Shown one piece after another: positions 1 to 19,039 of a stretch of 64,000 bases of DNA. Position 1 is the first letter of the stretch. Each line of letters opens with the position of its first letter. Origin of the DNA: the human T2T-CHM13v2.0 reference genome, Homo sapiens; NCBI RefSeq assembly GCF_009914755.1, contig NC_060938.1, one strand, 5' to 3'. The notes under the pieces were generated by a model that saw only the letters and a list, made by a program, of their open reading frames with translations, did no database searches and was not told where the DNA came from. A program made the translations under genes and the position numbers.

Positions 1-77
1 TACTTTAAACTGGTGAATATTATGGTATGTGAATTACATCTCAATACAGTTTTTGGTTTTGGTTTTGTTTTTTTTGA

Positions 78-594
<517 letters not shown>

Positions 595-597
595 TGA

Positions 598-912
<315 letters not shown>

Positions 913-1221
913 TGATCTGCCTCTCCACCTCCCAAAGTGCTGGGACTATAGAGGTGAACACCTTGCTGATTCTCAAGAGTCTGCTGGTTTGATAACAGAG
1001 AAATATACAGACCACTCAGTGTGAAAATATGATAAACCTTTGTTTCCTATAATCTCATCAAGATAGTAAACCAAATCCCCGTGCTTTGGGAGGCCAAGAC
1101 GGGAGGATCGCTTGAGCCCTGGAATTCAAGACTACCTTAAGCAACATAGCAAGACCCCAACTCTACAAAATCAAAAAATTAGCTGGGCGTAGTGGTTCAC
1201 GCCTATAGTCCTAGCTACTCA

Positions 1222-1320
<99 letters not shown>

Positions 1321-3531
1321 CTAACTGGAAAAAAAAAAAAGTAAACCACTCATTATTATATTAATGACATCACTATTGTTTCATTATTAAGAGCCTGAAT
1401 ATTCCTGATAATACTAACAGTTCACTGAATGCCGGCTGCAGTGACAGTGCCCTTCACTACAGCCATGAGGGCAGGGCCGTGTCTACCTTATCTTTACATG
1501 CAGAGCACTCAGGACACCGCCTGGCACACAGGAGGAGCTCAGTGTACAGCTGCTGAGTGAATGAGTGAGTGAATAAACGCCAGGCACCTTGTTAGGTACC
1601 CAGGTACCTTAAACGCTTCTCCCATCATACATCTTCCACAGGGCTGAACACACAGCAGCATTTCATAAACTTGGTGATGGGCTAACCGATCTAGCAGACA
1701 ACGGAGAGAAACAAGAAGTTACACAGAATAGCCCATTTTGGACCCGTGTCACTCAGCCAGCCTGGTTCCAAGCTGCTAAGTCGGCCAGCAAGAGAAACAA
1801 AACAAAAGCTCCGTAAAGCTCTACCGGCACGGAGTCAGGTGAGCTCAGGGTGGCTGCTGGAAGAGCCATCCACCTGCTCCACCAGGCCTGGTATGGAAGA
1901 CCAGGCCTAGGGATTTTCTCCCCATGGAAATCTACTCTGTCGCGACTCTTTACAAACAAAACAGCCACTGCTATCCTGAGTATCTAAGAGCAGGCACCTG
2001 AAAGTGGGGACGGGGGAACATTTAGGTACAGAATTGAATGTCTCGGGATTCATATTAAGTGTCCACCAAATGATGTACTATATATATATATATAACTCAT
2101 ATGGGATGGAAAGAAAACACTCCTTGCCTGCATTTGGTGATACCACTTAGCCATTTGGTATTCGGGGGTATGTCCAATGTGGATGTCCATGTGTTGGGCC
2201 TATAGATGAGTCCAGTGCAAATAATACTCCTGGGAGGAGGAACTCAAAGCTCCAGGCTGTTTTTTCTACTGACAAGCAGTGAACAATCCCTTAACGTGCA
2301 CCGACTGCATTTTCGTCATGTGAAAGGAGGCTAGGCCAGGTGCAGTGGCTCACACCTGTAATCCCAGCACTGTGGGAGGCCAAAGCAGATGGATCACTTG
2401 AGCCCAGGGGTTTGAGACCAGCCTTGGCAACCTAGCAAAACCCTATCTCTACTAAAAATACAAAAAATTGGCCAGGCGTTGCGGCACGTCCCTGTAATCT
2501 CAACTACTCAGGAGGCTGAGGTGGGAGAATTGCTTGAGCCTGGGGAGAGTTTGCAGTGAGCCGAGATCACGCCACTGTACTCCAGCCTGGGTGACAGTGA
2601 GACCCCGTCTCAAAAAAAAAAAAAAAAGGAGGCTATAACCATCTTTGCAGGTGCTAATTAACCAAATAAACAGATACGCAGGAAAATGCTGGCACACTGA
2701 AACCACACTTCTCTGGCACAGTTCTCTGCCTTTCATGTTACTTTGCTTCCTGATATACTACTAAATTCATCCTTAACACATGAGTATTTTTCCCTAAGCC
2801 AGAAAGGAGAGAACAGCCTAGCCTAGGTGGTAGCAAGACCGGTTTTCAGTCAGGGAGGGAAAGGCAGAGAAAAATAAGAAGATTCCCTTTGATGAGGGAA
2901 GGAAGGGCCCAGGAAGGAACGAAGCTCCAGCTCTACTTGTTCGGCTTGTCTACACTCAGTGACCCCATGGTGCTCCAATCCTGGAGTTAAATAGGTTACC
3001 TGGCCCTGAGCTCGGCCAACTGGCCACCCCATCCAAGTTGACAACATGTTTGAAATGGTCACTGGCCTTACCAACAGCAAACGCAGGAGGGATACCAAAG
3101 CCACCCCTCCCCAACTTTTGCCTTCCATCTTCCCCAAGCTTGCTAGGCCTCAGGCGAGTCCAAAACACCTGAATGCCACTACAGGCTTTGAAACCATGGT
3201 GTGGCCTTGGGAAAGTTACTTAACTACTCAACACCTCAGGGAAATGAGATAATAACAGATGTCCAGCTCCTAGCGACACTCAGCGGACTAAAAGAGATAA
3301 AGTATGTAAAAGGCATAGCACAGTGCCTGGCATGGAGTAAGCACTCGATACGTGAACCATTATTAAAGACCAGTCCACTGGGAAAACACCCAGGTGCACA
3401 GCAGCAGCAGCTGGGCTTGCACCTGTGAATTGCTCATTTGGGGGCTGATTCAGCAATGTAGTAAGATCTAAATGAATTCTACCTAAAATGAAAGAGCTCA
3501 CTGCTTGCATCAGATAACCACCTCCTGCTAA

Positions 3532-3717
<186 letters not shown>

Positions 3718-3960
3718 TAGTGGAGACGGGGTTTCACCGTGTTAGCCAGGATGGTCTCAATCTCCTGACCTCGTGATCCGCCCGCCTGGGCCTCCCAAAG
3801 TCCTGGGATTGTAGGCGTGAGCCACCGCGCCCGGCCAAAACACATTATTATTCATACTGGCTTTAGAGCTGGCTCTTAGTAACTATCTAATATTGTACTA
3901 ATCTTTACGAGGCTGGGCGTGGTGGCTCACGCCTGTAATCCCAGCACTTTGGGAGGCCTA

Positions 3961-4251
<291 letters not shown>

Positions 4252-5763
4252 TTACTTTGTATAGACTCCCAAGAAGAGTCTGTAAAATGAAATATAACTG
4301 TACTCAATGATCCCCCACCCCAGTTCCTTTTTTTTTTTTTTTTTTTTTTTGAGACAGAGTCTAACTCTGTCGCCCAGGCTGGAGTGCAGTGCCGCAATCT
4401 TGGGTTACTGCAACCTCTGCTTCCCTGGTTCAAGCGATTATCCTGCCTCAGCCTCCTGAGTAGCTGGGACTACAGACACGTGCCACCATACCTAGGTAAT
4501 TTTTTGTATTTTTAGTAGAGACAGGGTTTATGTTGTCCAGCTGGTCTCGAACTCCCTGATCTCAGGTGATCTGCCTGCCTTAGCCTCTCAAAGTGCTGGG
4601 ATTACAGGGATAAGCCACTGCGCCCAGCCCCAATTTAGAATTCAGAATAGTTCATGGTAGTGAAAAGTGTCCAGCATCAACCTGCGACCCAAGCAGGCCA
4701 AGGGAATGATGATGTTCTCCCTCGAGAGATTCCTTCCAAGCCCTCACAGAATCATTCTAGAATGAAAGACCATGTACCGGCTCTGTTCCAAGGAGGCCTG
4801 AAAAGGGAAACCAAGAGGTGAGGAAGGAACTAAAGAGCCTTGGAAGGAAGGAAGTTCAACACAGCACAGTCAGAGATTCTAGAAGTTAAACCCCAACAAA
4901 CCTGGAAAACACTCTTAAGAAAAGTAGTTTGGCACCAAGGTCTTTTCAGTACTGGCCCCTGGGAAAAACAGATTTAATCTGTACCAACTACAATCATACA
5001 TTACTCCAATTTTTTTTTTCTAAAGACAGGTCTTGCTCTGTTGCCCAGGTTGGAATACAGTGATTCACTGCAGCCTCCACCTCTCAGGCTCAATCAATCT
5101 CCTGCCTCAGCCTCCTAGGTAGCTAGGAGGACTACTGGCGTGCACCACCATAGCTGGCTAAACTTATTTTTTGTAGAGACAGGGTCTCTCTATGTTGCCC
5201 AGGCTGGTCTTGAACTCCTGGCCTCAGGCAATACTCCTTCCTTGGCCTCCCAAAGCACTTGGGATTATAGGTGTGAGCCACTGAGCCCAACCCCATGGCC
5301 TAAATTTCAAACAGGATTTTACCTAAACTATGTCAAACAGATCAGTAACCAGTCTATTTTAAAGTCCAAATGATTAGATTTCTTCCAATAGCAAGGTTTA
5401 AGTTCTATTAAATCTGTTTCCTCAACACAGCAAGTTTAGAAAATTTCTTTTCATTCTATCCTAAAGGGTATGTATACCTCATGTCTATCCACGTACATGT
5501 TGCTAGAGTTTCACATAAAAATACAATCATTTCTCAATCAAATGTTTTCTGAAGACACTGAAGTCACGGGGTTGGTCTCACAAACACACTGAGCACATTT
5601 GGCAGGGGCAAAGATCACTTTCTTCCACTCTAGTGTCCCCAAAGTGTTCCATTACTTGAGAGGTCAGGAATTCCTCTCCATGTCTTATAACTACCAGTGG
5701 TGCTTCTGACACTATGCTTCACAGAGACTGCCTGCAGCTCCTCTCCTATCCTAGCAGAAATAA

Positions 5764-5904
<141 letters not shown>

Positions 5905-6789
5905 TAGCTGGGATTACAGGCATGTGCCACCACACCCAGCTAATTTTGTATTTTTAGTAGAGACGGGGTTTCTCCATGTTGGTCAGGCTGGTCTCGAACT
6001 CCTGACCTCAGTGATCCGTCCGTCTCAGCCTCCCAAAGTGCTGGGATTACAGGCGTAAGCCACCATGCCTGGCCTAATAAAAGTGTTTCTATGCAGAGAT
6101 GGTCCACAAAAATTCTTTTTTTAAAAAAAGTCATTTTTAGCTCCCTGATCAGTTTCTTTGACCACATCCAACACACCCAGTTCAGCAATCCATTTATATC
6201 TGAATAAAAAGCTTTCCAAGGCAAAGATGAATTCTGAGGACACACTGGAAATACCGAGTCATCCCCAAGCCCCACCTCATCCTCAAGGGAACTTTCTGAG
6301 GAGCTTCTGGATGGGAGATGCAGCTGCCTTTTTAAGTGGCATAGCATATCCATATTTGGCCAGCTGTGAAAACAGATGTAAGCTCCAGTAAAGGCCTGTC
6401 AGTAAGCAGAATGGTCTTTCATTCTGGAATGATTCTGAGGGCTAAGAAAGGACTTAACAGTAAAAGCTAAGCTACACAAACCAGGCTAGAAAAGAGAGTT
6501 AGGTTTAAATCATACCCTGGGCAACTGACTCAACCCTTCTCTTGCTCAAAGCCTCCATTCCCACCCACCACCTCTGTTAACATTTTCCCACTCTTCCAGC
6601 GCTAAACACCCCAACTAGAATGTACTCCAGGCTGGCAGAGATATGGTCTGTGTTGTTCACTACCGTAACCTTAGCACAGTGCCTGACGCAAAATAGGAAA
6701 TCAAGACACAATTGATCAATAAATGAATGAACACAGCACAAAATGTCTAGACGCTATATCCTCTGGGGGAGGGAATGGTATAGTATCAC

Positions 6790-6990
6790 CATTAAAGGTT
6801 CAACCAACCTCACTCTATCATCCACTGACTTTAGGATAACTTTATTCAACCCCTCTGGGGCTCTGTTATTCACCTCTAAAATGAAGATAACAACACAATC
6901 TACTTCATAGGATTTCTGCAAAAATTAAATAAGATGATGTACATCAGGCACTTAGCACAGTGGAGGCCCAGAATAACTTGTAGTAAATGC
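6790..6990 (+). mobile_element. MIR relic (similar MIR pieces at about 3180-3360, 21290-21450, 27530-27660, 52910-53100, 57290-57520)
   Basis: MIR core-like text: cacctctaaaatgaagataacaaca...tacttcatagg...attaaataagat...gcacttagcacagtg. Confidence 0.65.
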
Positions 6991-8107
6991 TAGAGGCATG
7001 CTGACTGACATCATTGCTGCTTTGCCCCAAGCCAGAGTCATCACCATCAGCTGGAAATTTCATTATCCCAAGTAAAAGCTCTCCTTAGGGAGGCTGGGCG
7101 CGGAGGCTCACGCCTGTAATCTCAGCACTATGGGAGGCCGAGGCGGGAGGATCACAAGGTCAGGAGTTCGAGACCAGCCTGACCAACATGGTGAAACCCC
7201 CATCTCGACTAAAAATACAAAAATTAGGTGGGCGTGGTGGCACGTGCCTGTAATCCCAGCTACTCAGGAGGCTGAGGCAGGAGAATCACTTGAACCCAGG
7301 AAGCAGAGGTTGCAGTGAATGGAGATTGCACCACTGCACTCCTGCCTGGGCAACAGAGTGAGACTCCATCTCAAAACGAAACAAAACAAAACTCTCCTTT
7401 GGGAAGGTTTCCAATAAATGCTTCATTAAGGGAATAAGGATAGGCCGAGCATAGTGGCTCATGCCTTTAATCCCAGCAGTTCGGGAGGCTGAGACCGGAG
7501 CACTACTTGAGTCCAGGAATTAGAGACCAGCCTGGGCAATATCATGAGACCTCATCTCTACAAAAATCAATCAGTTAGCTGGGCATGGTGGTACATGCCT
7601 GTAGTTCCAGCTACCTGGGAGGCTGATGTGGGAGGATTGCTTGAGTTATGATGGTGCCACTGCACTCCAGCCTAGGCAACAGAGCAACATGTCTCAAAAA
7701 AAACAGAGAAATAGGGATAATTGAACAAGCAGGATCCTTATTCAATACTTAACACTCCTTCCCTCAAAAGGATGTATCTTTTGAATTAAAAAGAAACCTA
7801 GGCTGGCACAGTGGGTCACACCTGTAATCCCAGAACTTTTGGAGGCCAGAGGTGGGAGGATCACCTGAGGTCAGGAGTTTGAGACTAGGCTGGCCATCAT
7901 GGTGAAACCCTGTCTCTACTAAAAATACAAAAAATTGGCCAGGTGCAGTGGCTCATGCCTGTAATCCCAGCACTTTGGGAGGCCAAGGCAGGCAGATCAC
8001 CTGAGGTCGGGAGTTCGAGACCAGCCTGACCAACGTGGAGAAACCCCTTCTCTACTAAAAATACAAAATTAGCTGGCTGTGGTGGCACATGCTTGTAATC
8101 CCAGCTA

Positions 8108-8433
<326 letters not shown>

Positions 8434-8989
8434 TTATAGAGTCAGGGTTGGACTCTTACATTTCATTGAAAATCCTTAAATAACAAATTATGTCAATATA
8501 GATTTAAATGCTTACTGTGTGTTACGTGGATACTGCATGAAGGATTTTACATATGTTTTTCTCAATCCCCAACCCCAATAACGTATAGATACTACTATAA
8601 ATTCATTTTACAAAGGAACAAAAACCAAAGCTTAAAAGAAAAAGAAAAACCAAGGTTTTAAGTTAAATGAATTAGAATACTATAAGATTCACTTGAATCA
8701 TGAGTAACTTATGACCAACTTAATCCCTTTCAAGTCCTCTGAATGTTTTTGGAAATAGCCTTTAAAAAAATTAAAAGCTCACTGTCTCAAAAAAAAAAAA
8801 AGAAAGAAAGAAACCCATATGGCTGGGGAGGTGGCTCACACCTGTAATCCCAGCCCTTTAGGAGGCCTAGGCGAGTAGATCACTCGAGGCCAGGAGGTTC
8901 GAGACCAGAATGGGCAACATGACAAAACCCCATCTCTACTAACAATACAAAAAATTAACCGGGAGTGGTGGCACATGCCTGTAGTCTCA

Positions 8990-9451
<462 letters not shown>

Positions 9452-9922
9452 TAAGAGAAAAAAAAAAAGAAACCTATAATAAGATTGCATACATATATAT
9501 ATATATAAAATGCATAAGAAAACATTCAATCTTCTTCAAAAGAATGATATGGCCCAGTGTGGTGGCTCACGCCTGTAATCCCAGCTCTTTGGGAGGCCGA
9601 GGCAGAAGGATCATGTGAGGCCAGGACTTTGAGACCAGCCTGGGCAACATAGCAAGACCCCATCTCTATTAAAAATTAAAAAATAGCTGGACACTGTGGT
9701 TCATGCCTGAATCCCACTGATTTAATTTCTTAATTCATGAAACAAGTGGAGGGTTGGGGAGAAGCAAAGGGAAAGGTAGGGAGAGAAAGAAAGGAAAAGG
9801 GGAAGAGGTAGATAGGTTGTCTGTCAAATATCACAGATGTAGGTAACAGTTAACTGAGACATAAGGAAAAAAATTATAGTGCACCCAATGACCTACCAAT
9901 TACAAACTAAACCCATGAGTCA

Positions 9923-10334
<412 letters not shown>

Positions 10335-11005
10335 CTAGTGTCATTTAATCTGAGTTTTCACTTTAAATCATTTTTTCAGAGATATTACCGAAACTCAGAA
10401 AGCATGCAATTGACAATTCAATAAATATTTATGACTGCTGTAGAATGATACACATAAACTATATTGAACGCTTTGAAAGAAAAAATTATGAGAGATGACA
10501 GTTTAGCTGTGTAGATAACATATTCATGAGACAGAAGGGATTGAGCTAGAAAGTAGAGGAATTTCTAGGATACTCTTTGAATTCTGGATTGCTCAGGATC
10601 ATGCTGCCCCTTCACTTGAACCTGAGGGTCTGTAACTTCATGCCAGAACCAGGCTCTGACAGTTCTTTTCAAGTATTCTAACATCTAGGGTCAAATTTCC
10701 TGGGGAAGACAGCAATAACCTAGTCTCAAGTAGAAGGAAATCAGGAAGGGACCGAAAATTCTAGAAGCTACCTGGAAGTCCAATTATCCTCCAGTGAAGT
10801 CAAGCCAGAGGTCAGCTACTTATGTATGGCTGGAAAACTTCTCTGCCCCAAGAACTCCAGCTATGACCAAGCTGACCATATAAACCAGTCAACAGAGGCT
10901 CTTCAATGCTAGCCAAAAGCCATTGAGAAGAGGGGCAAAATGGGCCAGGTGCAGTGGCTCACGCCTGTAATCCCAGCACTTTGGGAGGCCAAGGTGCACA
11001 AATCA

Positions 11006-11440
<435 letters not shown>

Positions 11441-12661
11441 TTAGCAGTTCTAACCTCAGATAGAAATGATCTCATGAGAGCTCCTCCCGAAGTAGGGAAG
11501 ACTCCCCAGAAAAGTCTGACCAGCCATCAGAAGTGCATCTGCCTATATAATCTCCTGGATAAACTCAAGGGTGGTTCAGCCAGTAGATGCACCCACAGGA
11601 AAACACTGAAGGTCAAATTAATAAGAAATATGTCTATTATGTTAATCCTGGCTCAAAAAGCCAAATGCCTGCTCAATTCCAGAAAAATCAATCACTTCAA
11701 GGAATTGACAGGCCAGAAGAAAAAAGAGAATCATGCAAACTGAAGGTGTCTTAAAGTAGTTAAAGACAGGTTCTCTAGAAAGCTGACTCACAGTGGTTTC
11801 GATGGCTTACATGGGTCAAATTTGAAACATCCTTGTACTAAAACAAAATAGCGTACCAAGTTAAATGCCAGGAGTCTGTTGTAACTGAATGATCCCCAGG
11901 CTGAAAAAGCTCACAAGACACTGGGCAGAAACTGAAGGCACATAATAGGGTTTCTTTCATCTTTCTTTTGGTCTGAGTCATCCTCAACCCTGTGTTTCCC
12001 AGTAAACACCATATAATGCCTTCCCCTCTACCAATATCACTAAACAAAAGGGGCTTTTACTTGAGTTTCTTTGTGTTAAAGGCAATGATGGAGGAGGAGG
12101 CCCTACTACCAACCCAACTATTGGTTATTATTTTGACAGCTCCTACGAAGATCTATTTTTTTGTTATATTTATATGACACCTAAGAAACCAATAATAGAT
12201 ATATTCATATTCTGACCAGAACTTGCCAAAGGGCTAACCAGCTACTGCACCAAAATTAGTCCTTACATTATAATACTCTGGCCATTGGAAGAGAAAAATG
12301 GGAAAATTCAACAATTTGAAAGATTATGATCCCTCTGGCTCATGATCTACTGACCAGAATGAAGTCCTGAAGGATTTCCTTCTGTTATGTTATCTACCAG
12401 CTAATCTCAAACAAGAGGAGCTGGAAAGAACAAGCCCCATGAAGCTACCCTAGACCAGAAAGCCAAGAACAGGGCCAAGAAAATGAACAGCAGACAAGCC
12501 TGAAATAGAAGTGGCACAGACATGTGGCAGACCAGTACACCCAGTTTGTGGTAAAGAATTCCCATACAGGGCCGGGTGCAGTGGCTCATGCCTGTAATCC
12601 CAGCACTTTGGGAGGCTGAGGCAGATCACTTGAGGTCTGGAGTTTGAGACCAGCCTGGTCA

Positions 12662-13198
<537 letters not shown>

Positions 13199-13369
13199 TT
13201 AGCCAGGCTGCTCTCGAATTCCTGACCTCAAGTGATCCGCCCGCCTCAGCCTCCCAAAGCGCTGGGATTACAGGCGTGAGCCACCACGCCCGGCCTGCTA
13301 TTTTCCATTCCTGAACTCCACTAGAATAACATCTCTTTTAGTCAAGTCCCAGTATTCTGAGCAACACTA

Positions 13370-13603
<234 letters not shown>

Positions 13604-14865
13604 TCACCTTTCTTCTCCTGACAGGTTAACATTCTAATACAACAAGATGTCTGACTCCCATACAAGACCCAAGAGATGGGAAAATTCTATCCTCTTCCCC
13701 CACTAAGAACTCTAACTACCAGAAATCTTATTCTTCTGACCTTTAACTTATTTGCTAAGGTGTTGCCTCTGGCTTCAAGAGATTATAGATGACTCGTCAG
13801 CATGAATCATTTATTTATTATGACCTCTAAATAATGGATCTGGGCCGGGCACGGTGTTCACGCCTGTAATCCCATCACTTTGGGAGGCCAAGGCAGGCGG
13901 ATCACAAGGTCAGGTGATCAAGACCATCCTGGATAACACGGTGAAACCCCGTCTCTACTAAAAGTACAAAAAATTAGCCAGGCGTGGTGGCGGGCGCCTA
14001 TAGTCCCAGCTACTCAGGAGGCTGAGGCAAGAGAATGGCGTGAACCCAGGAGGTGGAGCTTGTAGTGAGCTTGAGATCGTGCCACTGCACTCCAGCCTGG
14101 GCAACAGTGCAAGATTCCGTCTCAAATAAATAAATAAATAAATAAAGGATCTGTAAGTCCTTTGGTTTTCCTAGTACAGTTCCACCGAGGCCTAGAAAAA
14201 TCAATGAATACGGCCAGATGCAGTGGCTCATGCCTGTAATCCCAGCACTTTGGGAGGCCGAGGCTGGTGGATCACCTGAGGTCAGGAGTTCAAGATCAGC
14301 CTGCCCAAAATGGTGAAACCTCGTCTCTACTAAAAATTAGCCAGGTGTGGTGGCGGGCACCTGTAATCCCAGCTACTCAGGAGGCTGAGGCAGGAGAATC
14401 ACTTGAACCCAGGAGTCAGAGGCTGCAGTGAACCAAGATTGTGCCACTGCACTCCAGCCTGAGCAACAAGAGCAAAACTCCAGTTCCCAAAGAAGAAAAA
14501 AAAAGATCAATGAATACAACTCAGAAAGTCTTACCATCTCACTAGAGAGGTTACAAAATATGTCAAAAGAGAATGCTGAGTTCACCAGCTAAATTACTTG
14601 AGGAGCAAACAGAACTAAAAGAAGGAGGGAAAAGGCCAGGTACAGTAATCCCAGCAGTTTGGGAGGCCACAGGAGGATCACATGAGCCCAGGAGGTGGAA
14701 ACCAGCATGGCCATCATAGTAAGGCCCTGTCTCAAAAGAAAAAAAAAGATGAAGGAAAAACTGATGTTTGGTTCAATTTTTTTGTCCCTGATATATTTTC
14801 CACTTCACTAGTGTCCAGATGTCCTGTTAGACTAAACCTTCATCTGTCAGATCGATCACTTTCTT

Positions 14866-15077
14866 AGTGTCAGCACTACTGACCTTTTATACCACCAGAT
14901 AACTCCTTCTGTCGGGGCTGCCCTATGTCCTGCCTGTGGTTTTAAGTAGCACCCTGGCCTCTATGCACTATCCAGCAGCATGCTCCCCCAAAAGCTCAGT
15001 TGTGACAACCAAAGATGTCTCCAATCATTGCCAATGTCCCTTGAGGGAGCAAAATCGCTCCTGATTGACAACCACTG
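14866..15077 (-). mobile_element. MER20 (hAT-Charlie) DNA transposon relic
   Basis: cagttgtgacaaccaaagatgtctcc...cattgccaatgtccc...caaaatcgctcctgattgacaaccactg matches the MER20 consensus end. Confidence 0.75.
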
Positions 15078-15726
15078 TGTTAGATAATACAAATGGGACT
15101 AATTTATCTCTCTTTTTTGTACTAATCAGGTTCTTAAAGACTTAGTTTTATCAATTTCACACAATAAAACCTGGTGTCTTAAATAAGCAAGTGTTATTTG
15201 TACAAACCAAATGCCTACAAGTCACCACTGAGTTCTCCTACTCCCTCACTCCTCCATCCAACATATCAGCACTCCTACTTTACCTACAAACTTTGTCCAA
15301 AATTCATCAATGTCTCTCCATTTCCCCATCTCAGTAACACCAAATCTACACCACTTCTTTCCCCACCCTCTGCAACAGCCTCCTAAGTGGTCTCCCTGCC
15401 TTCCTTCTTGTCCCTCTACAGTCACTACCATCTAGTCTATACATCAGTCTCTATCAGGTCACTATAGCTTCTATCAGGTCCTGTGACTTCTTAGCATAAA
15501 GCAGTCTGGTGTCTCCCATCACCCTTAAAATAAAATCCACTTACTTCTACAGCCTGCACGGCCTCCCATGCATTGGCACCTGCTTCCCTCTGCACCTCTT
15601 CCCTTACCATTCTCTGCCAGCTCACTCCAGCCACACTGGCATTCTTTCTAGCCTCGAACATGCCATCCAACCTTCATTTTCTTCCCATTCCCTCTATCTG
15701 GAGGCCTACATAGCACATTAGTATTA

Positions 15727-16137
<411 letters not shown>

Positions 16138-16336
16138 TCACTACAGCTGAACCAACTATTTAGGTGTTTACATGTGTGAAATCTGCTTTCCCCACTTGAA
16201 TAGTAAGCTCTATGAAGGAATGGACCATGTCTTATTAACCATGTATCCCCAGAACACAGAAAGTGCCTGGCACGGCTGGGCGCAGTGGCTCATGCCTGTA
16301 ATCCCATCACTTTGGGAGGCCAAGGTGGGCAGATCA

Positions 16337-16549
<213 letters not shown>

Positions 16550-17417
16550 TCAAAAAAAAAAAAAAAAAGTTCCTGGCACATAATATATGCGCCAAAAATG
16601 TGATGAATTAATGGATGTCTTTGGCTAGCAGGTCGAATGTGTCCATTTAGGAGCCACAGGTGACTTTCTACTTCTGAGACCAACAGTCAGTCTCTTCTCA
16701 AATTTACCACTATAGTACACACTCAAATGACAAGGTAATGATAAAATGTTCACCCTTAAAGGAAGCTTTTAGTCCTTTTACATTTTCTAAAAGAAACTGA
16801 GTAGTACTCAAATCATACACAAAAATCTTAGGAGACTCTAGGCCATAGAATTTGAGGAGAACACACACAAGGGTTACAGCCTACAGGTGCTAAAATAACC
16901 TCTATCTATGGGCCGGGCACAGTGGTGCATACCTGTAGTCTCAGCTACTTGGGAGGCTGTAAGTGGAAGGATTGCTTGAGCCCAGGAATTCAACGCCAGC
17001 CTGGGCAACACAGCAAGACCCCATCTAAAAAAAAAATCCCTATGTACTAAATTGAAAATGCTCAAAACCCACAAATGCCTAGAAACATGAAAAGAAAAAC
17101 AAAATCAGAACCTAACTGATAGACACTTTACTGCTATTAGGAAGTTCATCAATAACACTTTGATAATGATAAATAATACATTTATACAGAGCTATGGTTC
17201 ATCGGATTCTCACAGCAGCCATAAAGAATTGGTGAGCTGGTGCTTTTGGCCACAATGAAGTTTAATTATAAAGTTTAGGCCGAGGCCAGGCGCAGTGGCT
17301 CACGCCTGTAATCCCAGCACTTTGGGAGGCCAAGGCAGGTGGATCATGAGGTCAGGAGTTCGAGACCAGCCTGACCAACAAGGTGAAACCCCGTCTCTAC
17401 TAAAAATACAAAAATTA

Positions 17418-17654
<237 letters not shown>

Positions 17655-17769
17655 TCAAGAGATCAAGACCATCCTGGTCAATATGGTGAAACTCCATCTC
17701 TACGAAAAATACAAAAATTAGCTGGGCATGGTGGCACACACCTGTAGTCCCATCTACTTGGGAAGCTAA

Positions 17770-18146
<377 letters not shown>

Positions 18147-18757
18147 TAGTAGAGATGGAGTTTCACCATGTTGGCCAGACTGGTCTCGAGCTCCTGACCT
18201 CGTGATCCACCTCCCTCAGCCTCCCAAAGTGATGTGATTACAGGCGTGAGCCATCGCGCCCGGTCGCAGTTCATTGTTAATGGTGACTGCTTTAAGAAAA
18301 AAGAGCAGGAGCCAGGCACGGCGGCTCAGCCTGTAATCCCAGCACTTTGGGAAGCCAGGGTAGGAGAATCAATTAGGTCAGGAGTTGGAGATCATCCTAG
18401 CCAACATGCAAAACCAGGTCCCTACTGAAAACACAAAAATTAGCAGGGCGTGGTGGCAGGTGCCTGTAATCCCAGGTACTGGGATTATAGGCGTGAGCCA
18501 CCATGCCTAGCTACTTTTTTTATTTTCATTAGAGACAGGGTTTGACCATGTTGGCCCGGCTGCTCTAGAACTCCTGACCTCAGGTGATCTACCTGCCTGG
18601 GCCTCCCAAAGTGCTGGGATTACAGGTATGAGCCACCATGTCTGGCCTTGATATCCATTTTTTAAAAACTGAAGTTGGCTGGGCACAGTCACTCACGCCT
18701 GTAATCCCAGCATCTTGGGAGGCTGAGGCGGGCGGATAACTTGAGGTCAGGAGTTCA

Positions 18758-19039
<282 letters not shown>

